Positions 10,249 to 19,775 of a DNA stretch of 64,000 nucleotides are shown piece by piece. The stretch is from an uncultured Verrucomicrobiae bacterium. GTDB lineage: Bacteria; Verrucomicrobiota; Verrucomicrobiia; Palsa-1439. Location: the NCBI GenBank assembly GCA_963812605.1, contig CAWEWF010000008.1, positions 160,001 through 224,000 on the forward strand, given 5' to 3'. Under the pieces are notes generated by a model. It was not told the origin of the DNA. It saw only the letters and a list, made by a program, of their open reading frames with translations, and ran no database searches. Positions within the stretch are counted from its first letter, which is position 1, and each line of letters starts with the position of its first letter. Both the position numbers and the translations under genes were made by a program.

Positions 10249-11599
10249 GGTTGGGGTCCAACGCGCGCTTGAGAGAGCGCATGACATTCAGGCCGGCCTT
10301 GCCGGCGAATTTTTCCAGAAATTCTTTTTTCGCCAGGCCGACCCCATGTTCACCGGTAATGGTGCCGCCGAGGGCGATGGCTTTCTCGAAGATCTCACGA
10401 AAGGCGGCGTGGACGCGCTTGATTTCTTCCGGATTACGCTCGTCGCAGAGGAATGTCGGGTGCAGGTTGCCGTCGCCGAAGTGGCCAAAGATGCCGATGC
10501 GCAGTTCGTATTTCCGCGCGGTTTGCTGGATAAAGGCGATCATGGCGGCCAACTCACTGCGCGGGACTGTGGCGTCTTCCAAAATCGTTGTCGGCGACAC
10601 ACGCGCCAGTGCGCTGAACGCCGCCCGGCGCGCCGAGGTGAGTTTCTCGGCTTCGGCAATGTCTTTCGCGATGAGCACATCGCGAGCGTGGTGGACGCGC
10701 GCGAGCTCGACCATCCGCGCGGATTCTTCCTCGACGACGGCGGGGTGACCATCGGTTTCCATCAACAAAATGGCTTCGGCATCGAGCGGCAAGCCGATTT
10801 TCGCATAATCTTCGACACAAGCGATGGTGGTCTTGTCGAGAAACTCGAGCGTGCACGGGATGATCTTCTGGGCGATGATGTCGGAGACGGTCTCGGCAGC
10901 ATCGGTCATCGCATCGAACGTGGCCAGCATCGTCCGGCGCGCAGCGGGTCGCGGTAGGAGTTTCAAGAGGATCTGGGTGACCACCCCAAGCGTGCCTTCG
11001 CTGCCGATAAAGAGGTCCTTGAGGGAATACCCGGCGACGTCCTTGACGCATTTCGTGCCGCACCGCAGCAGTTCGCCCGTGGGCAGGACCACTTCCAAAC
11101 CGAGCACGTAATCCCGCGTAACGCCGTACTTCAGCCCGCGCAAACCACCGGAGTTTTCGGCAACGTTGCCGCCGATGGTGGAAATCTTGATCGAGCCGGG
11201 GTCGGGCGGATAAAACAGCCCGTGTGCGCCCGCGGCTTCATCAATGCGCGCGGTCAGCACCCCGGGTTCAACGAGCGCGGTAAGATTCCGCGGGTCGATC
11301 TCGAGGATCCTGTCCATCTTCACCGTGACGAGCACGACGCAGTTTTCCATCGGAATCGTACCACCGCTGAGATTCGTGCCGCTGCCGCGCGGGACAACTT
11401 TGAAGCCTTCGGCGTTCGCCAGTTTCAGCACCTCGCAGATTTGCTGCGCGGACTCAACGAACACGATGGCCTCGGGTTGACGCGCCAGCATCGGTGTCGC
11501 GTCGTAACTGTAGGCAATCCGCTCTTCGACAGAATGTTGAACGTTCGCAGGACCAACGATTTCCACGAGGCGACGCAAGTTATTGGGGGAGAGACTCAT
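10217..11599 (-). CDS. glcD: FAD-linked glycolate/D-lactate oxidase subunit
   Basis: PRGSGTNLSGG, YPPDPGS, GSEGTLG, HFGDGNLH and GEHGVG motifs. Confidence 0.92.
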   Translation of the reverse strand: MSLSPNNLRRLVEIVGPANVQHSVEERIAYSYDATPMLARQPEAIVFVESAQQICEVLKLANAEGFKVVPRGSGTNLSGGTIPMENCVVLVTVKMDRILEIDPRNLTALVEPGVLTARIDEAAGAHGLFYPPDPGSIKISTIGGNVAENSGGLRGLKYGVTRDYVLGLEVVLPTGELLRCGTKCVKDVAGYSLKDLFIGSEGTLGVVTQILLKLLPRPAARRTMLATFDAMTDAAETVSDIIAQKIIPCTLEFLDKTTIACVEDYAKIGLPLDAEAILLMETDGHPAVVEEESARMVELARVHHARDVLIAKDIAEAEKLTSARRAAFSALARVSPTTILEDATVPRSELAAMIAFIQQTARKYELRIGIFGHFGDGNLHPTFLCDERNPEEIKRVHAAFREIFEKAIALGGTITGEHGVGLAKKEFLEKFAGKAGLNVMRSLKRALDPNHVLNPGKIFD

Positions 11600-11803
11600 G
11601 CGCCAAGTCTGTTGAGTTATCGCAATTCATCCGCCAGCCCAATGACGCTGGGGGCGACAACAGCGGTTCGGCAGACATGCCCAATCGGGGATTGCGGGCC
11701 GGTCCAGACGCTGCGGATTCTACGATTGGTGGAGCGGTGATTCACCATTGGTCACACGACGCGCGACCCCTCCTGTTGGCGGAACGACTCCCGGCCCGAT
11801 TGG

Positions 11804-12448
11804 CTAAAAGATACTGCGCGGAACTGTGATTGTGTCGCCGGGCCGAACCGGCGGGTCCTTGGCCGGGTTTCGTTGCAAGGTCTCACAGTTGTAAATTTCC
11901 GTCTGCCCGCCGCGGACCAATTGTACTTTCTGACGGTTCGCGTAATCGGTAAAGCCGCTGGCGGTGCTGATGGCTTTCATCAAGGTCGTATCTTCGCTCC
12001 AAGGAAAACGATTGGGGTTTTTTACTTCGCCGCCCACGTAGAAGAACCGCGCCGATACCAGCACGGCTGCGGTGCAGCGCACATAGTAGCGCGGTACGTA
12101 ATTGGCCTGGATGCGTTCCGCCAACTCACCTGCCGTGAGTCCCGCGGCTTTGATCGACCCAATCAATGGAAGGGAAATGTTGCCGTCTTCGTCGATGGTG
12201 ACATCCGACGGCGCGGGAGTCACCGGCTGCGCTCCGCCGGTGTCGATGCGGACCACCACTTCGTCTCCCGTTCGCAGTCGCCCGGCAGCTTCATCGCCGG
12301 CCGCGGCGGTAATCTTCGAATTCGATGAGGACGATTGGCCAAAGAGGTTGTGGATGGTGCTGCATCCCCATGACAGGCTCAAGCCTGCCGCGAGCGCGAG
12401 CAGCCGGATCCGGAAAGCGTAACGATTGATCCATCGGGTGAAGATCAT
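11804..12448 (-). CDS. wza: Polysaccharide export lipoprotein (Wza/SLBB)
   Basis: Lipobox SWGC; DGNISLPLIGSIKAAGLT; VGGEVKNP; VRPGDTITVP. Confidence 0.85.
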   Translation of the reverse strand: MIFTRWINRYAFRIRLLALAAGLSLSWGCSTIHNLFGQSSSSNSKITAAAGDEAAGRLRTGDEVVVRIDTGGAQPVTPAPSDVTIDEDGNISLPLIGSIKAAGLTAGELAERIQANYVPRYYVRCTAAVLVSARFFYVGGEVKNPNRFPWSEDTTLMKAISTASGFTDYANRQKVQLVRGGQTEIYNCETLQRNPAKDPPVRPGDTITVPRSIF

Positions 12449-12517
12449 GAAGTCCGTTTTACCCGCAAGGCGGTGAATGATTTCATCCCAACGGAGGCGG
12501 CAAGAGACCGGCCTCTC

Positions 12518-14644
12518 CTAGTATTTCCCAGATAGATTAATTTCATCACTGTCCGATGGCTTTGCCGCCGCGACGGGCCGCGCCGTGCGCACGGGCGCCT
12601 CCTGGTAGTGCTCCACCTGGTCATGGTAGTAGTAATAGGTTTCATCATGGCCCAGTTGCACGTTGTTGACAACAATGCCGAGGAGCTTTCCACCCGCATT
12701 CTGAACCACCTGGACCGCGCGCCGCGCCATGTTACGCGGATACCGGCGATGCTGAATGACAAAGAGCGAGAAGCCAACCTCGCGCGCCATGATCGCGGCA
12801 TCGCTGACGCCGAGGATTGGCGGCGTGTCGTACAGGACAACATCAAACTGGCGTCCCACCTGTTCGATCAGATCCGCCATCCGGCGCGAGGTCAACAAGG
12901 GCAGCGCGTCCTTCGCGGTGCCGCCGGCGCCCCCCGCGATGGCCGAGACATTGGGAATCTCGGTCTTCTGGATGATCTCCTGGACGGTCTTCTGGCCACT
13001 GAGGTAATCGGCCAGACCGACGGCATTGGAAATCCGCAAGTCTTCGTGCATGGCGGGGCGACGCAGGTCGCTGTCGACAATGAGCACGCGGGCGCCGTGT
13101 TGCGCGTAGACGAAGGCGAGGTTGACGATGGTGAAGGACTTGCCTTCTCCCGCGCCGGCGCTGATCACGCACAGCGAAGTCAGTGCACCCGCCGGCTTGG
13201 CGAACTCGATGTTCGTGCGCATCATGCGATAGGCCTCGAGGTGGGCCATGGAAACGTTGCCCCGATGGAGCAATCCCTCCTGCTGTCCAACAACGCCAAG
13301 GACCGGCAACCCAAAATACTTCTCAACGTCTTCGATCTTCTTGATGCTGGTATCGAGAAACTCGATGAAGAACGCCAGCGCCACACCCAGCATCAAGCCG
13401 CCCGCGCAACCCAGGACCGTGTTGGACACGATGGCGGGACTAATGTAGGACTGCGGCAGCGGCACCTGGGCGGAATCGATCACTTCCACGGGACTGCGGG
13501 GCAAATCCACTTCGATCGTCGCCTGTTGAAGACGGGACTTCACACCTTCCTCAAGCTTCATCTCCAGCTCTTCTTCCCGCAGCGCGTTCCGGAAAGGGAG
13601 AAACTTTTCGCTTTCCAACGCGTAGCTGGCATTCTTGGCATCATCGTATCGCTTCTGCAGGTCGTCCATGCGGGCCTTGGCGACTCCATATTCCATCTCG
13701 ATGCCCTTCTTGATTCCTTCCAAATGGTCGTCGATCTGGTCCTCCAACTTGTCGCGCTGGGCAATCGTCGCCAGCACGGTCGGGTGTTCGGGTCCAAAAT
13801 CCTGCTTGAGGGTTTCCAGGCTCGTCTCCGTATCCGTCAGTTTCTGCAACAGCGACTGGACAGTGGGATCGACGATGAGCACGTTGATGGCGTTGCGCAA
13901 TTGTTTGGGCGTGAGCTTCTTCACGGCGTTGAGACGCGCCTCGCTCGTGATGGCCGCGTTGCGAGCATCGGACAACTCGCTCTCCAAATGCTCCATGGTG
14001 ACGTCGCTCATCTTGACATTTCCCACAACCGGAACACCCAATTCCTTGCGCAGCCGCTCGATCTTCTCCTGTACGACGCGGACCCGCTCCACCTGATTCG
14101 TCACGTCCTCGCGGAGCTTGTCGATTCCCTTTTGGGTCTGCTGCCGCTTCACCTCCAAGCGGTCGCTTTCAAAAACTTCTGCGATCTTGTTGGCGATATC
14201 GGCTGCCTGGCGACCATCGTGGTCGATAACCCCAATTTCAATAAGCGAGGTGTCCGGGTAGCGACGGACGACAAGTTGGCCTTTCAAGCGCCTCATGGCG
14301 ATGTCCTCGGACATACCCCACACGTCCTGCAATTTGAAGGCTTCAATGACCGGATAGAGGATCTTCTGCGATTGGATGATCTGGTACTGGGTCTGGAGGA
14401 AATACGGGTCATACCCGGTAGCCTGGGATGGTGCAAAAACGTCCACTGTCGGTTTCTCAGTCTCGACTTTAATGCGCGCCGAAGCCAGATACTTCTTCGG
14501 CAGCGAGAGCGAAACCGTGAAGGCAGTCAAGCCGGCCAGCAAAAACACCAGCAAAACAATCACTTTCCGGGTCTTGATGACCCGCCAGTAGTCGAGAAAC
14601 TGCAATCTCGATTCCTGTGAAGACGATGCCAGAGTTTGCTCCAT
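12518..14644 (-). CDS. wzc: Polysaccharide co-polymerase / tyrosine autokinase
   Basis: Two TM segments, coiled coil, Walker A AGEGKS, DSDLRRP, DTPP and a C-terminal YYYY cluster. Confidence 0.9.
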   Translation of the reverse strand: MEQTLASSSQESRLQFLDYWRVIKTRKVIVLLVFLLAGLTAFTVSLSLPKKYLASARIKVETEKPTVDVFAPSQATGYDPYFLQTQYQIIQSQKILYPVIEAFKLQDVWGMSEDIAMRRLKGQLVVRRYPDTSLIEIGVIDHDGRQAADIANKIAEVFESDRLEVKRQQTQKGIDKLREDVTNQVERVRVVQEKIERLRKELGVPVVGNVKMSDVTMEHLESELSDARNAAITSEARLNAVKKLTPKQLRNAINVLIVDPTVQSLLQKLTDTETSLETLKQDFGPEHPTVLATIAQRDKLEDQIDDHLEGIKKGIEMEYGVAKARMDDLQKRYDDAKNASYALESEKFLPFRNALREEELEMKLEEGVKSRLQQATIEVDLPRSPVEVIDSAQVPLPQSYISPAIVSNTVLGCAGGLMLGVALAFFIEFLDTSIKKIEDVEKYFGLPVLGVVGQQEGLLHRGNVSMAHLEAYRMMRTNIEFAKPAGALTSLCVISAGAGEGKSFTIVNLAFVYAQHGARVLIVDSDLRRPAMHEDLRISNAVGLADYLSGQKTVQEIIQKTEIPNVSAIAGGAGGTAKDALPLLTSRRMADLIEQVGRQFDVVLYDTPPILGVSDAAIMAREVGFSLFVIQHRRYPRNMARRAVQVVQNAGGKLLGIVVNNVQLGHDETYYYYHDQVEHYQEAPVRTARPVAAAKPSDSDEINLSGKY

Positions 14645-14837
14645 AAATGCGCTTAAATCAGCCTGTCAGAAGGCTGGACAATACACACCATGTTTTGTGC
14701 CAACGCAAGTAAAAAATCGGGCCAACTCCATGGCGGAGAGTGGCTAATGAAGGCAACAGACACACCCTCTTTTGACATTCCCCGGCTCCGTCTGTTCAAG
14801 AATTTCGCGACTTGTAGCGGATGGATTTCCAGCGGCT

Positions 14838-16160
14838 CTAATATATCAGGCTTACGCCAATGTTGACCTGATTGCGGGTATAGGGCTGGATTAAATTCAC
14901 GTCGGACGAAACCGACTGGGTGTAAAAGTAATCCAGGACGACCGACATCCAGTCCCGAAAGGCGTAGGTCAGACCAAGGTGGGCTGTCAACGCCTCATCG
15001 TTTGGCGTTACCGTGATCCCGGTCGGCCCGGTGAAAGTCGGGTTCTGAAACCCACCGACCGGTATGCGTGTCGTAGAGGTCTGGCCCAGCGGCGATACAA
15101 AAGAGCTATAAACATACGTGAGACCGCCGAGGGCGCGCAGCCTGGCGGTGAGCCGGTGACTGATTTGCAGATCAAGAGTGGTGTTCTGTTGGCCGCTGAA
15201 TTGCCGGGTGACTCCCACGGTGGCCTCGTTCAGCGATTGGGCCAGGGTGAGCGTAATGGTGTCGACCGGGCCATAATTGTAAACGAGTGATCCCAGCGCC
15301 GAAGGAGAAGTGCTCTGGGTCCCGTCCGCTGACTGTCGAATCGTATAGCCGCCGTTGAGGGTCAAAGACAGGCGCGGATTGAACCTCCGCACGACAGAGA
15401 GGTACAGCGTGTGTGAGACCGCGTTCAAGCCGTCGTTAATGCCGGGATTGACGAAAACATTTTGACCGTACTGATAGTTCAGCCCGACCGTGGTGCGCGT
15501 GTCCAGCAGGTAGAGCGTGGACAGGGTCGCCGAATAATCCTGATGATTGTTGTTACTGGCGATGGACGATTCCTGGTAATCCCAAATGTCCCAGCTTCCA
15601 TTGGCCGACACGGTCCACCTTGGCGCCAACGAGTAGGTTAGCCCTCCTCCGACGTCCTCGTAAATGTACGTCCCGGCCTGCACAACCGTTTGGGCCGCGC
15701 CGGCGGGTCCCTGGACAAGTTGTGGCTGAAGGGAACTGATGAAATTCTCGACAATGCTGAGCGTCAACCGCGGGTTGACCGTGTAAGTGCCGGCCATGTA
15801 AAGATTGTGGCTTTGGTTGACTCCGCCCAACTTAACGTCGCGCGGATAATTGACTGCGTAATCATATTGCATCCCCACAAAAAAACGTTCGAGCGGAACA
15901 TTCGCGCGCAATTTGACGTCGGAGTTGAGTCGGGTGCCCGTTTGCGGGTTCTTCTGGGCGGCGTTGAAGTTGTCATCGTACCCCACGCTCTCCGTGACGA
16001 CCGCGCCCCAGTTTCGGTTGGGATCGCCCGCATGCGTCAAGTCCCACTGGGCCAGGGAAACACGAGCCGACAGAAGCAATAAGAAGCACACCGTCCACTG
16101 GAACGGAACCCGCCAGCCTCGCTTCGCACGTTGCGCCCCTGGTGGCCCCCCGTGCACCAT
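14838..16160 (-). CDS. EPS-associated outer-membrane beta-barrel protein
   Basis: Signal peptide, GYDDN motif, alternating beta-strands, C-terminal aromatic residue (YTRNQVNIGVSLIY). ATG overlaps the mqnD stop (TAATG). Confidence 0.75.
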   Translation of the reverse strand: MVHGGPPGAQRAKRGWRVPFQWTVCFLLLLSARVSLAQWDLTHAGDPNRNWGAVVTESVGYDDNFNAAQKNPQTGTRLNSDVKLRANVPLERFFVGMQYDYAVNYPRDVKLGGVNQSHNLYMAGTYTVNPRLTLSIVENFISSLQPQLVQGPAGAAQTVVQAGTYIYEDVGGGLTYSLAPRWTVSANGSWDIWDYQESSIASNNNHQDYSATLSTLYLLDTRTTVGLNYQYGQNVFVNPGINDGLNAVSHTLYLSVVRRFNPRLSLTLNGGYTIRQSADGTQSTSPSALGSLVYNYGPVDTITLTLAQSLNEATVGVTRQFSGQQNTTLDLQISHRLTARLRALGGLTYVYSSFVSPLGQTSTTRIPVGGFQNPTFTGPTGITVTPNDEALTAHLGLTYAFRDWMSVVLDYFYTQSVSSDVNLIQPYTRNQVNIGVSLIY

Positions 16161-16996
16161 TATTCGACGAACTCCAAATTTACCGGCCGCGGCACGAGTG
16201 CCGCGTGATAGGCGCGAGTGAGCAGCAGCGCGATGGCTTCGCGGCCCTTCGATCCCATGTCCAGCGTTAATGGATTCACGTACATCGCCACAAACCGATC
16301 CGTGGTAGCAGCGTCCATGCCGCGTCCGAACTCTCCGGCGTACGCAACGGCTTCCTCGCGATGGTCGAGCGCGTAGCGAATACTGGCAGTCAATAACTCC
16401 GAGATCTTCCGCATCAACTGTTTGCCAAGGTCTTTGCGCACACCGTTCACGCCCAGCGGCACCGGCAGCCCCGTGTCCGCATACCACCAGGCGCCGAGAT
16501 CGACGATTTTGTGCAGCCCCATCTTCTCATACGTGATTTGGCCCTCGTGAATGAGCAACCCCGCGTCCAACTCGCCGCCCTTGACCACGTCCATGATCTT
16601 GTCGAAAGCCACGACCTCGAACTTGAAATTCATCAGCAACAGCTTCAACAGCAGATACGCGCTCGTCATCGTACCGGGCACCGCGATCCGGTCGTCCGCC
16701 AGTTCTCCCACGTCCATCGGTTTTCGCGCCACCACGATCGGCCCGCACTTGTCTCCAAAACTCCCGCCGCTCGCCAATAACGCGTACTTGTCCATCACAT
16801 ACCCGTAGGCGTGCACGCTCAGCGCCGTGACTTCCAACTCGCCCTCGACCGCCAGGTGGTTCAGGCTCTCGATATCCTTGATCACGTGGGTGAACGTCAA
16901 TCCGGCGGTGTCCAGCTTGCCGTGGGTCAGTGCGTAGAACATAAACGCGTCATCCGGGTCGGGGCTATGGCCGATGCGAATCTCTCGTGGCTCCAT
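16160..16996 (-). CDS. mqnD: 1,4-dihydroxy-6-naphthoate synthase (futalosine menaquinone pathway)
   Basis: GHSPDPDDAFMFYAL, GLLIHEGQITY and DLGAWW...GLPVPLG motifs. Confidence 0.9.
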   Translation of the reverse strand: MEPREIRIGHSPDPDDAFMFYALTHGKLDTAGLTFTHVIKDIESLNHLAVEGELEVTALSVHAYGYVMDKYALLASGGSFGDKCGPIVVARKPMDVGELADDRIAVPGTMTSAYLLLKLLLMNFKFEVVAFDKIMDVVKGGELDAGLLIHEGQITYEKMGLHKIVDLGAWWYADTGLPVPLGVNGVRKDLGKQLMRKISELLTASIRYALDHREEAVAYAGEFGRGMDAATTDRFVAMYVNPLTLDMGSKGREAIALLLTRAYHAALVPRPVNLEFVE

Positions 16997-17091
16997 GGGA
17001 TAAGTCCTCCTAAATAGGTTGCCAAAAGTTTGAGTGGTTGTTAATTCTAGGGCCTCACTCGGCCGTTTGCACGAAGAAAAATCTCGATTTC

Positions 17092-18207
17092 ATGAAAAAC
17101 GCCAACAAATTCCGCCGCTTCTCACGCCTCGACCCCCGGCCGATCACCCGGGGGATGAAAGCCTCACGACTGGTTACCGACACGTTCCAGGCCTACAATG
17201 CCGCCCGCCTCCGCGAAGGCTGCGAGTTGTTTGCGGGGAAGATGTTGCCGCGCAACGGTCTCATTGGCGTCAGTCTCACGGGCGCCCTCGTGCCCGCCGG
17301 GCTCGGCAAATCCTGCCTCATTCCCCTCATCAAGGCGGGCTTCATCGACTGGATCATCACCACGGGCGCCAACCTCTACCACGACATCCATTATGGACTC
17401 GACATGAAGCTGTACCGCGGGTCGCCGTTCCTCGATGACGTCGAACTGCGGCAGCGCCAGATCATCCGCATCTATGACATCCTGTTCGATTACCGCGTCC
17501 TGCTCGATACCGATGCGTTCATTCGCCAGGTCATCAACGGCCCGGAGTTTCAGCGCTCCATGGGCACGGACGAGTTTCACTATCTCCTCGGCAAGTACGT
17601 CTACCGGCGCGAGAAGAAACTCGGCCTGAAAGACACCTCGCTCATTTCCGTCGCCTACCAATACGGCGTCCCGTGTTTCACCAGCAGTCCCGGCGACAGT
17701 TCCATCGGCATGAACGTCGCCGCCATGAGCCTGGCCGGCAATAAACTCCAATTCGATGTGAATCGCGATGTCAACCAAACCGCCGGCATCGTTTATGACG
17801 CCAAGCGCAACGGTCGCAACTCCAGCGTGTTCATCCTCGGCGGCGGCTCACCGAAAAATTTCATGCTGCAAACCGAGCCGCAAATCCAGGAAGTCCTCGG
17901 GCTCGATGAGAAGGGCCACGATTATTTCCTCCAGATCACCGATGCGCGTCCCGACACCGGCGGTCTCTCAGGCGCCACGCCCGCCGAAGCGGTCAGTTGG
18001 GGCAAGGTTGATCCCAAGAAACTCCCCGACGCGGTTGTTTGCTACGTGGATAGCACGGTCGCCCTGCCGCTGATCACCTCGTACGCCCTTGACAAGGTCA
18101 AACCGCGGAAACCGAAACGCCTCATCGACCATCGCGACCGCATCATTCAACGGGTCGCTCGCGACTATGAAAAATCACCGTTCTATAAGAAATTTCTCGA
18201 CCGCTAA
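17092..18207 (+). CDS. Deoxyhypusine synthase-like protein (polyamine synthesis)
   Basis: [25 protein letters not shown] and [18 protein letters not shown] (catalytic Lys present). Confidence 0.88.
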   Translation: MKNANKFRRFSRLDPRPITRGMKASRLVTDTFQAYNAARLREGCELFAGKMLPRNGLIGVSLTGALVPAGLGKSCLIPLIKAGFIDWIITTGANLYHDIHYGLDMKLYRGSPFLDDVELRQRQIIRIYDILFDYRVLLDTDAFIRQVINGPEFQRSMGTDEFHYLLGKYVYRREKKLGLKDTSLISVAYQYGVPCFTSSPGDSSIGMNVAAMSLAGNKLQFDVNRDVNQTAGIVYDAKRNGRNSSVFILGGGSPKNFMLQTEPQIQEVLGLDEKGHDYFLQITDARPDTGGLSGATPAEAVSWGKVDPKKLPDAVVCYVDSTVALPLITSYALDKVKPRKPKRLIDHRDRIIQRVARDYEKSPFYKKFLDR

Positions 18208-18240
18208 CTGTACGGCAAGTGCTTAGCTTGCCAATCATCG

Positions 18241-19128
18241 ATGAAAATCAGCGACATCCTCAAAACCACGCGGCCCACGATTTCCTTCGAGTTCTTTCCC
18301 CCGAAGAACGACGAGGCGATGGCCAATCTGCTGGAGACACTCGCGCGCCTCCACGAGTTGCGCCCGTCATTCGCCACCTGCACGTACGGCGCCGGTGGCG
18401 GTACTCGGGCCCGGACGCTGGAAGTGACGCTGAAGATCAAGGAACAGTTCGGCCTTGAAGCCATGGCGCACTTCACCTGCGTCGGCCAGACGCTCAAGGA
18501 CATCGACGGCGTGTTGGAGAATTTCGCCGGACACGGGATTGAAAACGTCCTCGCCCTCCGCGGCGACCGACCGTCCAACCAGCCCGAACCGCCCGAAGGC
18601 TGGTTTCCCGATTTCAAGAATGCCGTGGACCTGTTGCGCCATTTGCGCAAGCAATTCGGCAATACCTTCAGTCTTGGCTGCGCCGGCTACCCGGAGAAAC
18701 ATCCCGAATCGCCCGATTTCGAGACTGATTTGCGAAGGTTGAAGGAAAAGGTCGATGCTGGCGCCGATTTCATCATCACGCAGCTCTACTTCGACAATGA
18801 ACACTTCTTCCGCTTCGTGAAACGCTGCCGGGAAATCGGCATCACTGTGCCTATCATCGCCGGTATCATGCCCGTCACGAACGTGGCGCAGATCAAGAAG
18901 TTCACCGCCATGTGCGGCGCGTCCGTGCCCGACAATATGCTCGGTGATCTCGATCCGATTGCCGAAAACGCCGACGCTGTCACAAAATACGGCATCGACT
19001 GGTCCACCCGTCAATGCCGCGAACTCCTCGCCGCCAAAGTCGATGGCCTGCACTTCTACACCCTCAACAAATCCCAGGCCACCCGTCAAATCGTCGAAAA
19101 CCTCCGCCGCGAAGGCGCGCTGAAGTAG
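18241..19128 (+). CDS. metF: Methylenetetrahydrofolate reductase
   Basis: SFEFFPPK, TYGAGG, LALRGD, AGYPEKHPE, ITQLYFD and HFYTLN motifs. Confidence 0.95.
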   Translation: MKISDILKTTRPTISFEFFPPKNDEAMANLLETLARLHELRPSFATCTYGAGGGTRARTLEVTLKIKEQFGLEAMAHFTCVGQTLKDIDGVLENFAGHGIENVLALRGDRPSNQPEPPEGWFPDFKNAVDLLRHLRKQFGNTFSLGCAGYPEKHPESPDFETDLRRLKEKVDAGADFIITQLYFDNEHFFRFVKRCREIGITVPIIAGIMPVTNVAQIKKFTAMCGASVPDNMLGDLDPIAENADAVTKYGIDWSTRQCRELLAAKVDGLHFYTLNKSQATRQIVENLRREGALK

Positions 19129-19180
19129 GGCGAGCGTCCCGCTTGCCGTCGTTGGTAGGGCTCGCTCTCCGAGCGAGCCG
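19125..19180 (+). repeat. Two tandem GTAG-type REP palindromes
   Basis: GTAGGGCGAGCGTCCCGCTTGCC (19125-47; its TAG is the metF stop) and GGTAGGGCTCGCTCTCCGAGCGAGCCG (19154-80). The first has a relative at 58547-58569. Confidence 0.75.
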
Positions 19181-19264
19181 TTCCTGAATTGGGGAGTCTG
19201 CTTCACTTCACGGCACAACAAACACAGGCTTGCTGGGAGGCGGGAACACGTTTAAGATAAGACC

Positions 19265-19474
19265 ATGAAGGAAATCACGTTGCTGGTTGAACGCGACGAC
19301 GAAAGCGGCTGGCTGGTGGCAAGCTGGGACGCGCCGGATAACGGCGGCGGCATCACCACCCAGGGCAAGGATCTCAGCGATCTACAAGCCAACGTGCGCG
19401 AGGCCGTGCGTTGTCACTTCGGCAAGGGCAAAGCGCCGCGCGCTGCCGGAACACATGTCTTGGTGGTGGCGTAG
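19265..19474 (+). CDS. HicB-like antitoxin (solo)
   Basis: LLVERDDESGWLVASW...ITTQGKDLSDLQANVREAVRCHF, a HicB-fold pattern. The stop codon lies inside a REP. Confidence 0.7.
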   Translation: MKEITLLVERDDESGWLVASWDAPDNGGGITTQGKDLSDLQANVREAVRCHFGKGKAPRAAGTHVLVVA

Positions 19475-19489
19475 GCGTCCCTGCCTGCG
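19465..19489 (+). repeat. REP-like palindrome (GTGG type)
   Basis: GGTGGCGTAGGCGTCCCTGCCTGCG is 22/25 identical to 43240-43264, with a compensatory stem change. Confidence 0.7.
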
Positions 19490-19614
19490 TATGTCGACCT
19501 GGACGGGCGCCGCGTCGCTTCAAGCAATTCGCCATTACCGATGGCGTGCTTCAGTGGAATGATTTTGACCTCGTCTTCCCCATGGCCGACCTCTACGACG
19601 GCGTGATCCGGTAA
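19490..19614 (+). pseudogene. DUF2442-like C-terminal fragment
   Basis: FKQFAITDGVLQWNDFDLVFPMADLYDGVIR; N-terminus missing. Confidence 0.45.
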
Positions 19615-19775
19615 CGCCGTTCTCCGCGATTGCTGTTGCCCAGCTAGCTTGCCTGCCAACCGTAGCCCTTGGCGAAGCCCGGTTGAGGCATCTTGCCCTT
19701 GCGGCCTACAACACCTTCGTGTGCTTCGTGACTTCGTGGTGAATCCCTGGGGACGCGTCCATCTGACCGCAAGCC

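Noticed and set aside
19640-19745. CCGTAGCCCTTGGCGAAGCCCGG and CTTCGTG x3 as an ncRNA or terminator
   Set aside because: They look like degenerate short intergenic repeats; single copies in the window and insufficient support for a specific call.
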